In this document: positions 39,961-49,856 of the stretch, piece after piece | Numbering within the stretch: position 1 is the first letter of the stretch | How the letters are laid out: each line of letters starts with the position of its first letter | Source: an uncultured Pseudomonadota bacterium | GTDB lineage: Bacteria; Oederibacteriota; Muellerivitia; Muellerivitales; Muellerivitaceae | Direction: 5' to 3' | Assembly: GCA_963770835.1 (NCBI GenBank) | Contig: CAVYRH010000026.1 | Location: 384,001 to 448,000 of the forward strand | Length of the DNA stretch: 64,000 bases | Notes under the pieces: model-generated | Seen by the model: the letters and a program-made list of their open reading frames with translations, nothing else | What the model was told of the DNA's origin: nothing | The model's database searches: none | Made by a program: the position numbers and the translations under genes

Positions 39961-42382
39961 CCCGATGTTTTTTTCAACCTTTAAAACTCGCTCAAGCGCG
40001 AAGCGGTTGCTCTGGCCGTTAAGCCTCGGTTTTTTCTTCGCGGTTGCGGGCGGCTTTGCGGCTGAAGCTCCCAACCCTTTCACGGTGGTGCCCTCGAACG
40101 ATCCTAGCTATGGCGAATTGCTCCAATTAGAAACCAACGGCCTCCTGCCGGCAGGCGCATCCCAAGGACCCCTCACCCGCTTTGAGATCGCCCAGCGGAT
40201 TTTCAAAGCTGAGAAAAAATACGACGAAATCGTCGTGGCCCAGGACACTGACATTCCTCCTCCCCCCTCGGATAACGGAACCGCCGCCCCGGCTCCCGCA
40301 TCGCCGGCTGGAACCACTCCGGCCCCCGCCGCCGAGGCCGCGCCAGCCCCCGCCCCGTCAGCGGGCTCCACCGCGGTTTGGGCCAATCCGGATAAGATCG
40401 CTGAGATGGAAAGGAACTTAAAATCGCTCCGGGAAGCCTATGACGCCGAACTCCAATTGGTGAAGGACCAAAAGGCGGATCTGGAAGACCAAGTGGCCAA
40501 GACCGAGGCCGCCCAGTACGACCTTTGGACCAAGCTCCAGGGCATCAACGAATGGCCCGAAATCACCTGGCATGGCCTGGGACGAATGTTCGGTATTTCC
40601 CAACAATATTATGGGGACAGTTCCGCCGTTTCCCTCAGCCCGCCCTCCGACCGCTTTGCCTGGGGCTACATCGACTTTATGCCCGAAGGGGTCGTGTCCA
40701 AGGGAGTCCGGTGGGAAGCGACGGTTCGGTATGAAACCGGAACCTCGACATCTTCTCTGTCCTACAACAACTCCCTCGACACGCTTTTCATCCGCCGCGC
40801 CCATATTGATTTCAATCCCCCTTGGTTCTCGGTCACATTTGGGGATTTTGACGAATCCTATACCCCCCTGACTCTTTGGAACCGGAATAACCTGGACCTG
40901 CGTTATTACCCTGAAATGTACAGCCGTTTCGACGACGAAACAAAATATGAGACCTTCCTCAACAACGAACCCAATTGGCCGTTCCGGGGCATGCGGGTGG
41001 GGACCGACGTCCTCTGGCCGGATTCAAGCGCCTTGCAGGAGTTCAAGGTGTCCGCCATGGTGGACATGATCCGTAACGGCTTCAAGGACATGGCCACCGC
41101 CGGAAGTTATTGGGGGCCCTATTTGTTCACCGACTGGATTTTGGGGGGCAATGGGGAATTGAAGTCCAAACGGTGGTTCATGGGCGGCGACCTCTCCCTG
41201 CAACTGGCATTGAACGCCTACGGTGTCATCCTAACCGAGCCCCTGAACACGGATACTCCGGGGTCCCCCTACTCCCAGTTCAATCCTGCCACTTGGGCCC
41301 ATCATTACCAATTAGGCAGCTTGAAGCCGTCCTTGGACGTGGGTTTGGGCGGTGACTTTTCCTTTGGCGGCGCTGTTGAAGGAGCCGTCGCCACCTACCA
41401 GGACGATGAGCAGGACGCCAACAAGGTCTTAAATGATTCCTCCGTTTTGGGCGGTCCTTACCTACGGTTCGGCCATTCAAAAGTCAATTTCAACTACCTC
41501 TACGTGGGCCCCAATTATTTCTCGCCCCTGGCCCAAACGCGCCAGGATGCCATCACTGTGGTTACGGGCGGTGGCCAACTGTTCGTGGGCAATACCGTGG
41601 GACCGGGCCTCATGACCGCCCCTTTGCGGACCCAGTTTTTCCTGACTGATGTGCCCCGTGCCGGCGGCATCTTCAGCTTTTATGATCGTACCCAGGACAA
41701 CACCTTCCCCTATGGGTTGGCGACCCCCAACCGGCAGGGATTCGGGCTTGATTTGGACGTGAAAGCCCTTGAAAAGAACTCCCTCAAGCTTCCGGCCTCG
41801 GTCTACTTTGTCCAGGAAATTGGTGATAATATGGTTGTGAACGGCGTCGGGACGGGCTTTACCCCGGTGGATGGCACCGCCGCCGCTCCGGCTCCCCAGC
41901 GGAACTTCACCTACGTCAACGTGGGGCCCTCCTTTAATCTCGGGCCCTACATCGGTACCGGTGATTTGGAAGTCGGTGTGAACGTCCGGTATGAGAAAAC
42001 CACCAGCGCCATCGGGGCCTTGACCAGCGCCTGGGTTTTGGGCGGAGTCCGGGCTGAATTCTTTCCCTGGTGGGAAGCATCGGCCTCCTTTGGGAGCGAT
42101 AACATTACGGGATCGGAAGCGGGTTACGGAGGGAGTACCCTAGCCCGGTATTCCTACATCTTCGACAACACGGATTTGGGCCAATACCAAGTCTTCAATA
42201 TCAATGGTACCAACCAAAGCTGGAGGCTTTCCACGACTTTCAAAGTGAACCGCAATTCCAGCCTTTACGCGGACTATGACCTGACTTGGGGGACAGCAGT
42301 TCCCTACATCGGAACCCCCCCAGGAACGGGCGGGACGCTACATAACCAGTACATGGGGCTGACTTATGAAATCGAATTTTAA
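39947..42382 (+). CDS. SLH-like + coiled-coil + large beta-barrel OM protein 3
   Basis: NPFTVVPSNDPSYGELLQLETNGLL...LTRFEIA; coiled coil; GDFDESYTPLTLWN; C-terminal YEIEF. Confidence 0.72.
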   Translation: MSNSNPMFFSTFKTRSSAKRLLWPLSLGFFFAVAGGFAAEAPNPFTVVPSNDPSYGELLQLETNGLLPAGASQGPLTRFEIAQRIFKAEKKYDEIVVAQDTDIPPPPSDNGTAAPAPASPAGTTPAPAAEAAPAPAPSAGSTAVWANPDKIAEMERNLKSLREAYDAELQLVKDQKADLEDQVAKTEAAQYDLWTKLQGINEWPEITWHGLGRMFGISQQYYGDSSAVSLSPPSDRFAWGYIDFMPEGVVSKGVRWEATVRYETGTSTSSLSYNNSLDTLFIRRAHIDFNPPWFSVTFGDFDESYTPLTLWNRNNLDLRYYPEMYSRFDDETKYETFLNNEPNWPFRGMRVGTDVLWPDSSALQEFKVSAMVDMIRNGFKDMATAGSYWGPYLFTDWILGGNGELKSKRWFMGGDLSLQLALNAYGVILTEPLNTDTPGSPYSQFNPATWAHHYQLGSLKPSLDVGLGGDFSFGGAVEGAVATYQDDEQDANKVLNDSSVLGGPYLRFGHSKVNFNYLYVGPNYFSPLAQTRQDAITVVTGGGQLFVGNTVGPGLMTAPLRTQFFLTDVPRAGGIFSFYDRTQDNTFPYGLATPNRQGFGLDLDVKALEKNSLKLPASVYFVQEIGDNMVVNGVGTGFTPVDGTAAAPAPQRNFTYVNVGPSFNLGPYIGTGDLEVGVNVRYEKTTSAIGALTSAWVLGGVRAEFFPWWEASASFGSDNITGSEAGYGGSTLARYSYIFDNTDLGQYQVFNINGTNQSWRLSTTFKVNRNSSLYADYDLTWGTAVPYIGTPPGTGGTLHNQYMGLTYEIEF

Positions 42383-43241
42383 TTTGAGGGCCAATAGGCC
42401 GGAAAAATGGAACAGGCACTCCATTACCGGGGCTCTTTTCGTGGTCGCGGCCATCGCGGGAATGGCTTGGGGAATCCTGCCAGGCTGCACCAGCAAAACC
42501 CCCTTTGACGCAGCGGGCTTTCCCGGACTGACCCCTACGCCCAACGTGACCCCCGTTTATCCGGCCCCGACCCTGGTCCCCAACCGGACCCTCGTCACCA
42601 ATTTCAACTCCGGTTCGGTCTCTATCAACCCGGAACTCATGGAATTAAGCAACCCCCCCGGTTATGTCCTAAAAACACCCGGTGCGGTGACAGCGGTCAA
42701 TAATTTTCCAAGCAACATCCTTCTCACGTTCGGCGGGGTTCAAGCCGGAGGGGTCAACGGCTCTCCCAATGCCTTCCGCGTTCAGGGAACGCTCATGGAC
42801 ACGGGAAACGCCACCTACCCCGCCATTGAATTGGAAGCCACGATGGAAAATGGAAACGAATACGACGGAAGTTTTTTCACGGGAGTTCAGTTTTACCTCA
42901 AAATCGCCGCCGATGACAATACCACCAAGAGGGACTTTTCCATCCCGGTTTACCAAACCCAGGGAACCCCGCAAGGGGGTTGCGTTGGAGGGAACGCCGG
43001 GGGATGTTATGATAATTTCACAACGGATCTTTCGGCTGGGACAGCCGGCCAATGGGAGTTCTTCAAGGTACCTTTTAGTTCCCTGGTCCAGGCCTACGCG
43101 GGAGTGGTTACCAATCCGCCCACTTTCACCGGTGCCAACCTCCAGCAGATGCTTTGGCTGCAATGGGAGGAAAGCCGGAACAACACGGCAGGCACTTCGA
43201 ATATCGATTATTGGGTGGATGACATTCAGTTTTACCAATAA
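42366..43241 (+). CDS. CBM11/CIA30-like lipoprotein 2
   Basis: Lipobox LPGC; DGSFFTGVQFY, GGC...CYDNF, DYWVDDIQFY. Confidence 0.78.
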   Translation: MKSNFNLRANRPEKWNRHSITGALFVVAAIAGMAWGILPGCTSKTPFDAAGFPGLTPTPNVTPVYPAPTLVPNRTLVTNFNSGSVSINPELMELSNPPGYVLKTPGAVTAVNNFPSNILLTFGGVQAGGVNGSPNAFRVQGTLMDTGNATYPAIELEATMENGNEYDGSFFTGVQFYLKIAADDNTTKRDFSIPVYQTQGTPQGGCVGGNAGGCYDNFTTDLSAGTAGQWEFFKVPFSSLVQAYAGVVTNPPTFTGANLQQMLWLQWEESRNNTAGTSNIDYWVDDIQFYQ

Positions 43242-43301
43242 GTGGTAAAATTAAAAGGAAAGATTAAGGTCCATTTTTTGAGGATAGTAGGGGAGGCTGT
43301 C

Positions 43302-44171
43302 GTGAACACTAGGTTTAAATATGCCATTTGCGCGGCTTGTTTCTTGATACCCGCGGCCGTCGTCCTATTCCAGGGCTGTGCTAGCCAGGTTCCGCCCGTC
43401 TCGGCCATGGTTCTCCCTAAGGCCCCGCCCCTTCCCTCCAACTACATCAGTAATTTTGAGAACGATTCCATCTACGTCAATCCCGACCTTTTGGGTTATC
43501 CAACCGGGAGCATTCCGGTGACCCAGGTCGCACCGAACGGGAGCCCCTCAGGAAGCGCCGCCTTCAACCCCGGTTATTGGTCGGACGCCACTTATGGCGG
43601 TCCGGCTGCTGCTCCTAATGTCATCAATACCCCTTTTGTCCTCCCTAATGCCGTTTCGGATGGCACCGACTCCAGTATTTACGCCATTCATATCGGCTTG
43701 GCCGCAGGCCCCATTACCTGCATCGCGGTGGGGGGATATGAGGCGGACCAATTGACCTGCACTCTGGAAAACAACCCCTCCAATCCCTACTACGATGCCA
43801 CTCCTTTCCTGAATGGGGGAAACGGGGGAATCGCCTTTTATTACAACATCGGCGCGGATGACACCAGTACCTACCGCCAGTTCCAAGTTGAAACCATCAA
43901 CACGGGGGCACCCAACTACAACCATTTCCATTATCTCCTGCCTAATGGGCCCAGCGGTGGATGGCAGTCCGTCACGGTTACATGGAACCAACTTGTTTAT
44001 CCGGGGTTCGGACCCACTAGCGGCGCAATCACCACGACGGGTCCCACGGGAAACATGAATCATTTTGTCTTTTTGCAGTGGCAGTGGAGCGACAACGCCC
44101 AAGGTTCGGCTGGCGCCCCGGTCACCAATCTTTCCGACTTTTGGATCGACAACGTCCAATTCATACCCTGA
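43302..44171 (+). CDS. CBM11/CIA30-like lipoprotein 3 (divergent)
   Basis: Lipobox FQGC; ISNFEN..VNPDL, GIAFYY, LQWQWS, DFWIDNVQF. Confidence 0.72.
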   Translation: MNTRFKYAICAACFLIPAAVVLFQGCASQVPPVSAMVLPKAPPLPSNYISNFENDSIYVNPDLLGYPTGSIPVTQVAPNGSPSGSAAFNPGYWSDATYGGPAAAPNVINTPFVLPNAVSDGTDSSIYAIHIGLAAGPITCIAVGGYEADQLTCTLENNPSNPYYDATPFLNGGNGGIAFYYNIGADDTSTYRQFQVETINTGAPNYNHFHYLLPNGPSGGWQSVTVTWNQLVYPGFGPTSGAITTTGPTGNMNHFVFLQWQWSDNAQGSAGAPVTNLSDFWIDNVQFIP

Positions 44172-44191
44172 GAACTTCAAATTTGCTTTAT

Positions 44192-44223
44192 AAGGCGGCT
44201 CCATTCGGGGCCGCCTTTTTTGT
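44192..44223 (+). terminator. Intrinsic terminator ending the OMP/lipoprotein operon
   Basis: AAGGCGGCTCC-attc-GGGGCCGCCTT-TTTT. Confidence 0.8.
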
Positions 44224-44318
44224 TTAAACAGCCGCTTTTCAATCCCCCGGCCTTGCCTTGGACTTTTCTTCCATCCTGCTATACTAAGCGCCCTCAAAAC
44301 AGCCAAAGGAAAATCCTC

Positions 44319-46119
44319 TTGTCGTTAGACCACATCCGCAATTTCTGCATCATCGCCCACATCGACCACGGCAAGAGCACGCTGGCGGACCGCCTGTTGG
44401 AGTTCACGGGGGCCATCCCGCCCCGGGAAATGCGCGACCAGCTGATGGACCAGATGGACCTGGAGCGCGAGCGGGGCATCACCATCAAGGCCAAGGCCGT
44501 GCGGTTCTTTTACAAGGCCAAGAATGGCCAAAAATACGAGATGAACCTCATTGATACGCCGGGCCACGTGGACTTCACTTACGAGGTCTCCCGAAGCCTG
44601 AAGGCCTGCGAGGGGGCGCTTCTTTTGATCGACGCCTCCCAGGGGGTGGAGGCCCAGACCCTGGCCAACGCCTTCCTGGCCTTCGACCAAAAACTGACCA
44701 TCGTGCCCGTCATCAACAAGATCGACCTGCCCGCCGCCGACCCGGAACGCTGCAAGAAGCAAATGGAGGAATCCCTGGCGATTCCCGGCGAGGAAGCCAT
44801 CCTGGCCTCGGCCAAGGAGGGCATCGGCATCGAGGAGATCCTGGAGGCGGTGGTGGCAAGGGTGCCCGCCCCCAAAGGGCGAAGCCGCCGAACCCCTCAA
44901 GGCCCTTATCTTCGATTCCATGTACGACATCTACCGGGGCGTCATGTCTTCGTAAGGCTCCTGGACGGCGTTATCGCCAAGGGAACCAAAATGAAACTCA
45001 TGGCGACCGGCAAGATCTTCGAGGTGGAGGAAGTAGGGGTCTTCAAGCCCAAGATGGAAAAAACCGAGGGGCTTTCCGCGGGCGAGGTAGGTTACATCGC
45101 CGCCAACATCAAGGAAGTGCGCGACGCCAAGGTGGGGGATACGATCACGGATGAAATCCATCCCACGGCCTCGGCCCTGCCCGGGTTCAAGGACGTTTTG
45201 CCCATGGTGTTCTGCGGGCTTTATCCGGTGAATTCGGATGAATATGACGATTTAAAGGAAGCCCTGGCTAAGCTGAAGCTCTCCGACGCGGCTCTTTCCT
45301 ATGAACCGGAAACTTCCCTGGCCCTTTCCTTCGGGTTCCGTTGCGGGTTCCTGGGGCTTTTGCACATGGAAATCGTACAGGAGCGCCTGGAGCGGGAATA
45401 CAACCTCAACCTCATCGCCACCGCCCCCAGCGTCGTTTACAAAGTCAAAAAGACGAACGGCGAGATCTTCACCATCGATAACCCTTCCAAGCTGCCCGAC
45501 CCCTCGGAAGTGGAAGAGATCGAGGAGCCCTACATCGACGCCAAAATTATCGTGCCCGCCGACTATATCGGCGCGGTCATGACCCTCAGCCAGGAACGGC
45601 GCGGCTTGCACAAGGACACCCATTTCCTGGACACCAGCCGTGCGGTCGATCACCTACGAGCTTCCGCTGGCCGAGGTAGTCATGGATTTCTTCGACAAGC
45701 TCAAGAGTTGCACCAAGGGCTACGCGTCGTTGGATTACGAGCCCATCGGTTATAAGGTGGGGGAAGTGGTGAAAGTGGATATCCTCCTGAACAACGAGCC
45801 GGTGGACGCCCTTTCCTTTATGGTCCACCGGGACAAGGCGGAGATTCGGGGCCGGGGAATCGCTGAAAAGCTCAAAGAGATCATTCCCCAACAGCTCTTC
45901 GAGGTGCCCATCCAGGCCGCCATCGGGGGTAAGATTATCGCCCGGGAAACGGTACGGGCCCGCCGGAAGGATGTTTTGGCCAAATGCTACGGGGGCGATA
46001 TTTCCCGCAAACGCAAGCTTTTGGACAAGCAAAAAGAGGGAAAGAAGCGCATGAAGTCCATCGGGAGCGTCGAAATACCGCAGGAAGCTTTCATGGCGGT
46101 ATTGAAAGTCGAAGAATAA
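44319..46119 (+). CDS. lepA: Elongation factor 4 (three apparent single-base indels near 44878, 44945 and 45648)
   Basis: [53 protein letters not shown]. Confidence 0.93.
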
Positions 46120-46124
46120 CAAAA

Positions 46125-46219
46125 CAGCTCACAGTTGGCGGTCGACAGTCGGCAGCAAAGGCTTAACATCTTAGTGGTTTGGGTTCCACGGCCGACAGCG
46201 GACTGTCGACCGTCGACTC
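46125..46219. repeat. Heptamer-arm palindromic element
   Basis: CAGCTCA-CAGTTGG-CGGTCGA-CAGTCGG-CAGCAA / ACTGTCGACCGTCGAC. Confidence 0.8.
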
Positions 46220-46238
46220 GATTTTGAAGGAGAAATAA

Positions 46239-47228
46239 ATGAACTTAATCGAAAACTTGAATTCGATCCTCTGGGCGCTTTTCGGCGTGCTCTCGGTGGT
46301 GGAAGCCGTCCTGTTGTGGGGCCTCCCGGCCTACCGGAAGAACCCCTCCAACGCGGGACTCGTGGAAACCATCGATTCCTTCTGGATCGCCATGGCGGTG
46401 GCACTGTCGCTGAAGGCCGTGTGGGTCCAGCCCTTCACCATCCCCTCAGGCTCCATGGAGGATACCCTGCAGGTGGGGGACTACATCCTGGTTAAAAAAT
46501 ACGAGTACGGCTATTCCTTCCTCAACAAAACGCCACGTTTCTTCGACCTCCACAAGCCCCAAAGGGGAGACATCGTCGTTTTTGTGTATCCAAACGACCA
46601 CTCCAAGGACTTTATCAAGCGTTGCCGCGGGGTCGCCGGCGACATCCTGATTTATAAGGATAAAGTGCTCTACGTGAACGGCGTTCGGCAGGACGAGCCC
46701 TTCGCGAAGCATATCGACCCCATGGTCCAGCCGCCAGGTTACGACGGGGAATTCATTTCCTCCCAAAACCTGGGCCCTGACAGCCCCTTGGCGGACATTT
46801 CCAAAACCAGCCGGGACAACTTTGGCCCGGTGACCATCCTGCCCGGCCATTACTTCATGATGGGGGACAACCGGGACAACAGCATGGACTCGCGTTATTG
46901 GGGCCAATTGGACGAGAAGCTCATCAAAGGGCAGGCCTGGTTTATTTATTGGCACAGCGTGGGTTTTGCCGACTTCCTGGCGCTGGCGGCGCTGGCGGTG
47001 GCGGCGGTTTCCCTTGTCCTTTTGCTTTTGGGTTTGGTGGGCAAGCGCTCCGCCAGTCCGGCGGAATCGGCGGATTCCAAGGCAAGGTCGGATTCCCTGA
47101 AAAACCACCTCGTGACCATCGTCGTTTGCTGCGTCCTGGCGGGAATTGTGGTGGGGGCCACCGGCCTCCAATCCTTTAAGGAGAATTGCCAGGTACTCAA
47201 GCAACGGATGTTCACGGTCATCCGCTGA
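46239..47228 (+). CDS. lepB: Signal peptidase I with extra C-terminal TM hairpin
   Basis: IPSGSMEDTL, FIKRC, MGDNRDNSMDSRYWG. Confidence 0.92.
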   Translation: MNLIENLNSILWALFGVLSVVEAVLLWGLPAYRKNPSNAGLVETIDSFWIAMAVALSLKAVWVQPFTIPSGSMEDTLQVGDYILVKKYEYGYSFLNKTPRFFDLHKPQRGDIVVFVYPNDHSKDFIKRCRGVAGDILIYKDKVLYVNGVRQDEPFAKHIDPMVQPPGYDGEFISSQNLGPDSPLADISKTSRDNFGPVTILPGHYFMMGDNRDNSMDSRYWGQLDEKLIKGQAWFIYWHSVGFADFLALAALAVAAVSLVLLLLGLVGKRSASPAESADSKARSDSLKNHLVTIVVCCVLAGIVVGATGLQSFKENCQVLKQRMFTVIR

Positions 47229-47231
47229 AAG

Positions 47232-47327
47232 GCAGCTCACAGCTGACAGTCGACAGTCGGCAGCAACGTCTTAACACCTTGGAACCGTTGGGTTAACTGT
47301 CGACCGCGGACTGTCGACCGTCGACAC
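47232..47327. repeat. Heptamer-arm palindromic element
   Basis: CAGCTCA-CAGCTGA-CAGTCGA-CAGTCGG-CAGCAA / CTGTCGACCGCGGACTGTCGACCGTCGAC. Confidence 0.8.
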
Positions 47328-47343
47328 GATTTTGGAGCCTTTA

Positions 47344-48453
47344 ATGAACGCTTACATCCACATACCTTTCTGCACTTCCATTTGCAGCTATTGCGATTTC
47401 ACTTCCTTCGCGGGGCAGGAATCCAAAATGGCCGCTTACGCGGACGCTCTTTGCCTTGAAATCGGGAATTCCTCCCTCCAAGGGCCTCTCCAAACCACTT
47501 ATTTCGGAGGAGGGACGCCTTCCCTTTTGCCCCCGGAAAAACTGGAACAAATCCTCAAGGCGCTACGGGAGAAGGTTGGTTTCGCCGGGAACGCCGAAAT
47601 TTCCATGGAGGCCAACCCCGAAACCGCCGATGGGGAAAGGCTCCGGGCTTACCGCGCCGCCGGGGTCAACCGCCTCAGTTTCGGAGCCCAAGCGGCCCAA
47701 AAGGAGATCTTAAGGAAACTGGGCCGCGGCCATGAATGGGACCGGGTGGAAAAGGCCTTCGGCGCGGCCCGCGCGGCGGGGTTCGACAACGTCAATTTGG
47801 ACCTCATGTTCGGCCTTCCCGGCCAGACACTGGATATGTTCCAGGAGTCCCTACAAAAAGCCCTGGAATTGAACCCGGAACATTTCTCCCTCTATGCTTT
47901 GCAGGTGGAAGAAGGAACTCCCCTGGCAAAACAGGTGACCGAGGGCCTGGCCCTTCCCTCCGAGGATTTAACGGCGGATGAATATGCCTGGGCACAGGAT
48001 TTTCTGGAACAGCGGGGTTTTGAACAATATGAGGTCTCCAACTTCGCCAAACCCGGCAAGGCCTGCCGGCACAACTGGAACATCTGGCGGGGAGAGGACT
48101 ACTGGGGCTTCGGGGTTTCCGCCGTGGGTACGGTGGAAGGCGTCCGGCACAGCCACGGCGAGGATTTAATGGAATATATCCGGCAAGTGAAGGCCCGGGA
48201 GAACGTGCTTTTGACGGAATATTTACCGGAGAAAACCCGCGCCTGGGAGAAACTCATGCTGGCCTTGCGGACCAAGGATGGGGTGGAGAAAACCGAAGCC
48301 GACCGTTATGCCGGTTTTACCGGCTGTCCCCGGGAGGCCAAATTCAACCGTTTATTAGAAGAAGGGTTTTTATCCTTGAAGGAAGGCCGTTACCGGGTCA
48401 CTTCCAAGGGATACTTTGTTTTAAACGGAATTTTAGAAGTTTTGGCGGCCTGA
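47344..48453 (+). CDS. hemW: Radical SAM heme chaperone HemW
   Basis: YIHIPFCTSICSYCDF, YFGGGTPS, DLMFGLPGQT, YEVSNF, HN. Confidence 0.9.
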   Translation: MNAYIHIPFCTSICSYCDFTSFAGQESKMAAYADALCLEIGNSSLQGPLQTTYFGGGTPSLLPPEKLEQILKALREKVGFAGNAEISMEANPETADGERLRAYRAAGVNRLSFGAQAAQKEILRKLGRGHEWDRVEKAFGAARAAGFDNVNLDLMFGLPGQTLDMFQESLQKALELNPEHFSLYALQVEEGTPLAKQVTEGLALPSEDLTADEYAWAQDFLEQRGFEQYEVSNFAKPGKACRHNWNIWRGEDYWGFGVSAVGTVEGVRHSHGEDLMEYIRQVKARENVLLTEYLPEKTRAWEKLMLALRTKDGVEKTEADRYAGFTGCPREAKFNRLLEEGFLSLKEGRYRVTSKGYFVLNGILEVLAA

Positions 48454-48469
48454 AAAGCAAAGGCAGGTT

Positions 48470-48570
48470 GAACCACCAAGGGCACCAAGTCCACCAAGAA
48501 AGACAAAAAAGATTCGATTAAATTTTGAGATTTGGCTGTTCTTGGTGACCTTTGTGATCTTGGTGGTTAA
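48470..48570. repeat. Nonamer-arm palindromic element
   Basis: (CACCAAGnn)3 ... CTTGGTGACCTTTGTGATCTTGGTGGTT. Confidence 0.75.
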
Positions 48571-48581
48571 ATGGGTTTTAG

Positions 48582-48722
48582 CAGGATGATGAAAAAGTCC
48601 AAACGGCGGACTTTTTCGTATCTGTGTCGCGAATCATCCCTTGAAAGAACAAGGGATTTAAGGCGATTCGCTCCTAACCCGTGGCTGTAGACAGGGTGGA
48701 AAAAGACTTTTTCAGCACCCTG
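48582..48722. mobile_element. 141-bp MITE with 18-bp TIRs and TTAG target duplication
   Basis: CAGGATGATGAAAAAGTC ... GACTTTTTCAGCACCCTG (16/18 match), flanked by TTAG at 48578-48581 and 48723-48726. Confidence 0.75.
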
Positions 48723-48792
48723 TTAGGGGTTTTAAGGCCGTTCCACTAGCGTTGACTTTCCTTTTTCCCTACTTATTATGGGGAAGCCTGTA

Positions 48793-49851
48793 ATGATCCC
48801 CCCGGAGCGAAAAACAGTGTCTTTTGAACCCTTACATGAACGCGAAGAAAACGTCCTTTCCTCGGTGATCCACCATTACGTGGCCACGGCCAAGCCCGTG
48901 GGCTCACAGGTGATCTCCGGAAGGATGGAGCTCTCCTCGGCCACCATCCGCAACGTGCTCATGGACCTGGAAAAAAAGGGCCTCCTCACCCATCCCCACA
49001 CCTCGGCGGGGCGCATCCCACTGGACCAAGGCTACCGGTTTTACGTGGACCGCCTCATGCGGGCCCGGACCCTCAACCTCAAGGAAAAACACCAGGTCGA
49101 GCGGGAATACGTGAAGGCCAAGGACGAGATCGAGATCCTCATGCGCCACACGGCCAAAATCCTATCGGCCATGACCCGCCTGGCCGGGTTGGCGGTCTTC
49201 CACATGCCCCAGGAAATTTCCCTGGACCATTTCAAGATCATCGCCGTGGATTCCCACCGCATCCTGGTGGTCCTGGCCCTGGAAGAGGGGCTGGTGAAGG
49301 AAGAATGGATCCGGCTGGAAAGCCCGGTCGATTTGAAGGAAATCGCCAAGATCACCCAGCTTTTGAACTCCCGTTTCGCCGGGCTGACGCTGGCCCAAAT
49401 CCGCGAAAGCCTGTTAAAGGACGTGGAGTCGGTCAAAAAAGCCAGGTTGAACATCCTGGAAACGGCCCTCAAGCTGATCGAAAAAGCCCTTCAATTCAAC
49501 GGCGATGAACTCCATATCGAGGGCGTTTCCTGCCTGACCGAACAGCCGGAATTCCACAACTATCAGATGATGGAACAGGTGGTGCGCCTGGTGGAGCAAA
49601 AGCAGCCCCTGGCCCAGGTTCTCGGGCGGCAATGGACCAACCCGGGGCTGGCCGTGGATATCGGGCACGAGTTCACCCAGGCTTCCTTAAGGGCTTTTTC
49701 CTTCGTCCATGTTCCTTATTATTACCAGGGCAAGGTAGTGGGGGCGCTGGGCGTCCTGGGCCCCACCCGGATGGCTTATGACCGCGTCGCCGGCGTGGCG
49801 CAGCACATGGCCCAATGCCTGGAAAACACCCTTTCCCAAAAAGGAGAATGA
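48793..49851 (+). CDS. hrcA: Heat-inducible transcription repressor HrcA
   Basis: PVGS, SSATIRN, HPHTSAGRIP..GYRFYVD, GVLGPTRMAY. Confidence 0.95.
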   Translation: MIPPERKTVSFEPLHEREENVLSSVIHHYVATAKPVGSQVISGRMELSSATIRNVLMDLEKKGLLTHPHTSAGRIPLDQGYRFYVDRLMRARTLNLKEKHQVEREYVKAKDEIEILMRHTAKILSAMTRLAGLAVFHMPQEISLDHFKIIAVDSHRILVVLALEEGLVKEEWIRLESPVDLKEIAKITQLLNSRFAGLTLAQIRESLLKDVESVKKARLNILETALKLIEKALQFNGDELHIEGVSCLTEQPEFHNYQMMEQVVRLVEQKQPLAQVLGRQWTNPGLAVDIGHEFTQASLRAFSFVHVPYYYQGKVVGALGVLGPTRMAYDRVAGVAQHMAQCLENTLSQKGE

Positions 49852-49856
49852 TAAAG

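Noticed and set aside
44870..45660. Frameshifts in lepA as programmed frameshifting or pseudogenisation
   Set aside because: Three single-base indels (two of them compensating) in an otherwise conserved gene. Similar indels occur in dnaK, GH5 and IS21, so assembly error is most likely.
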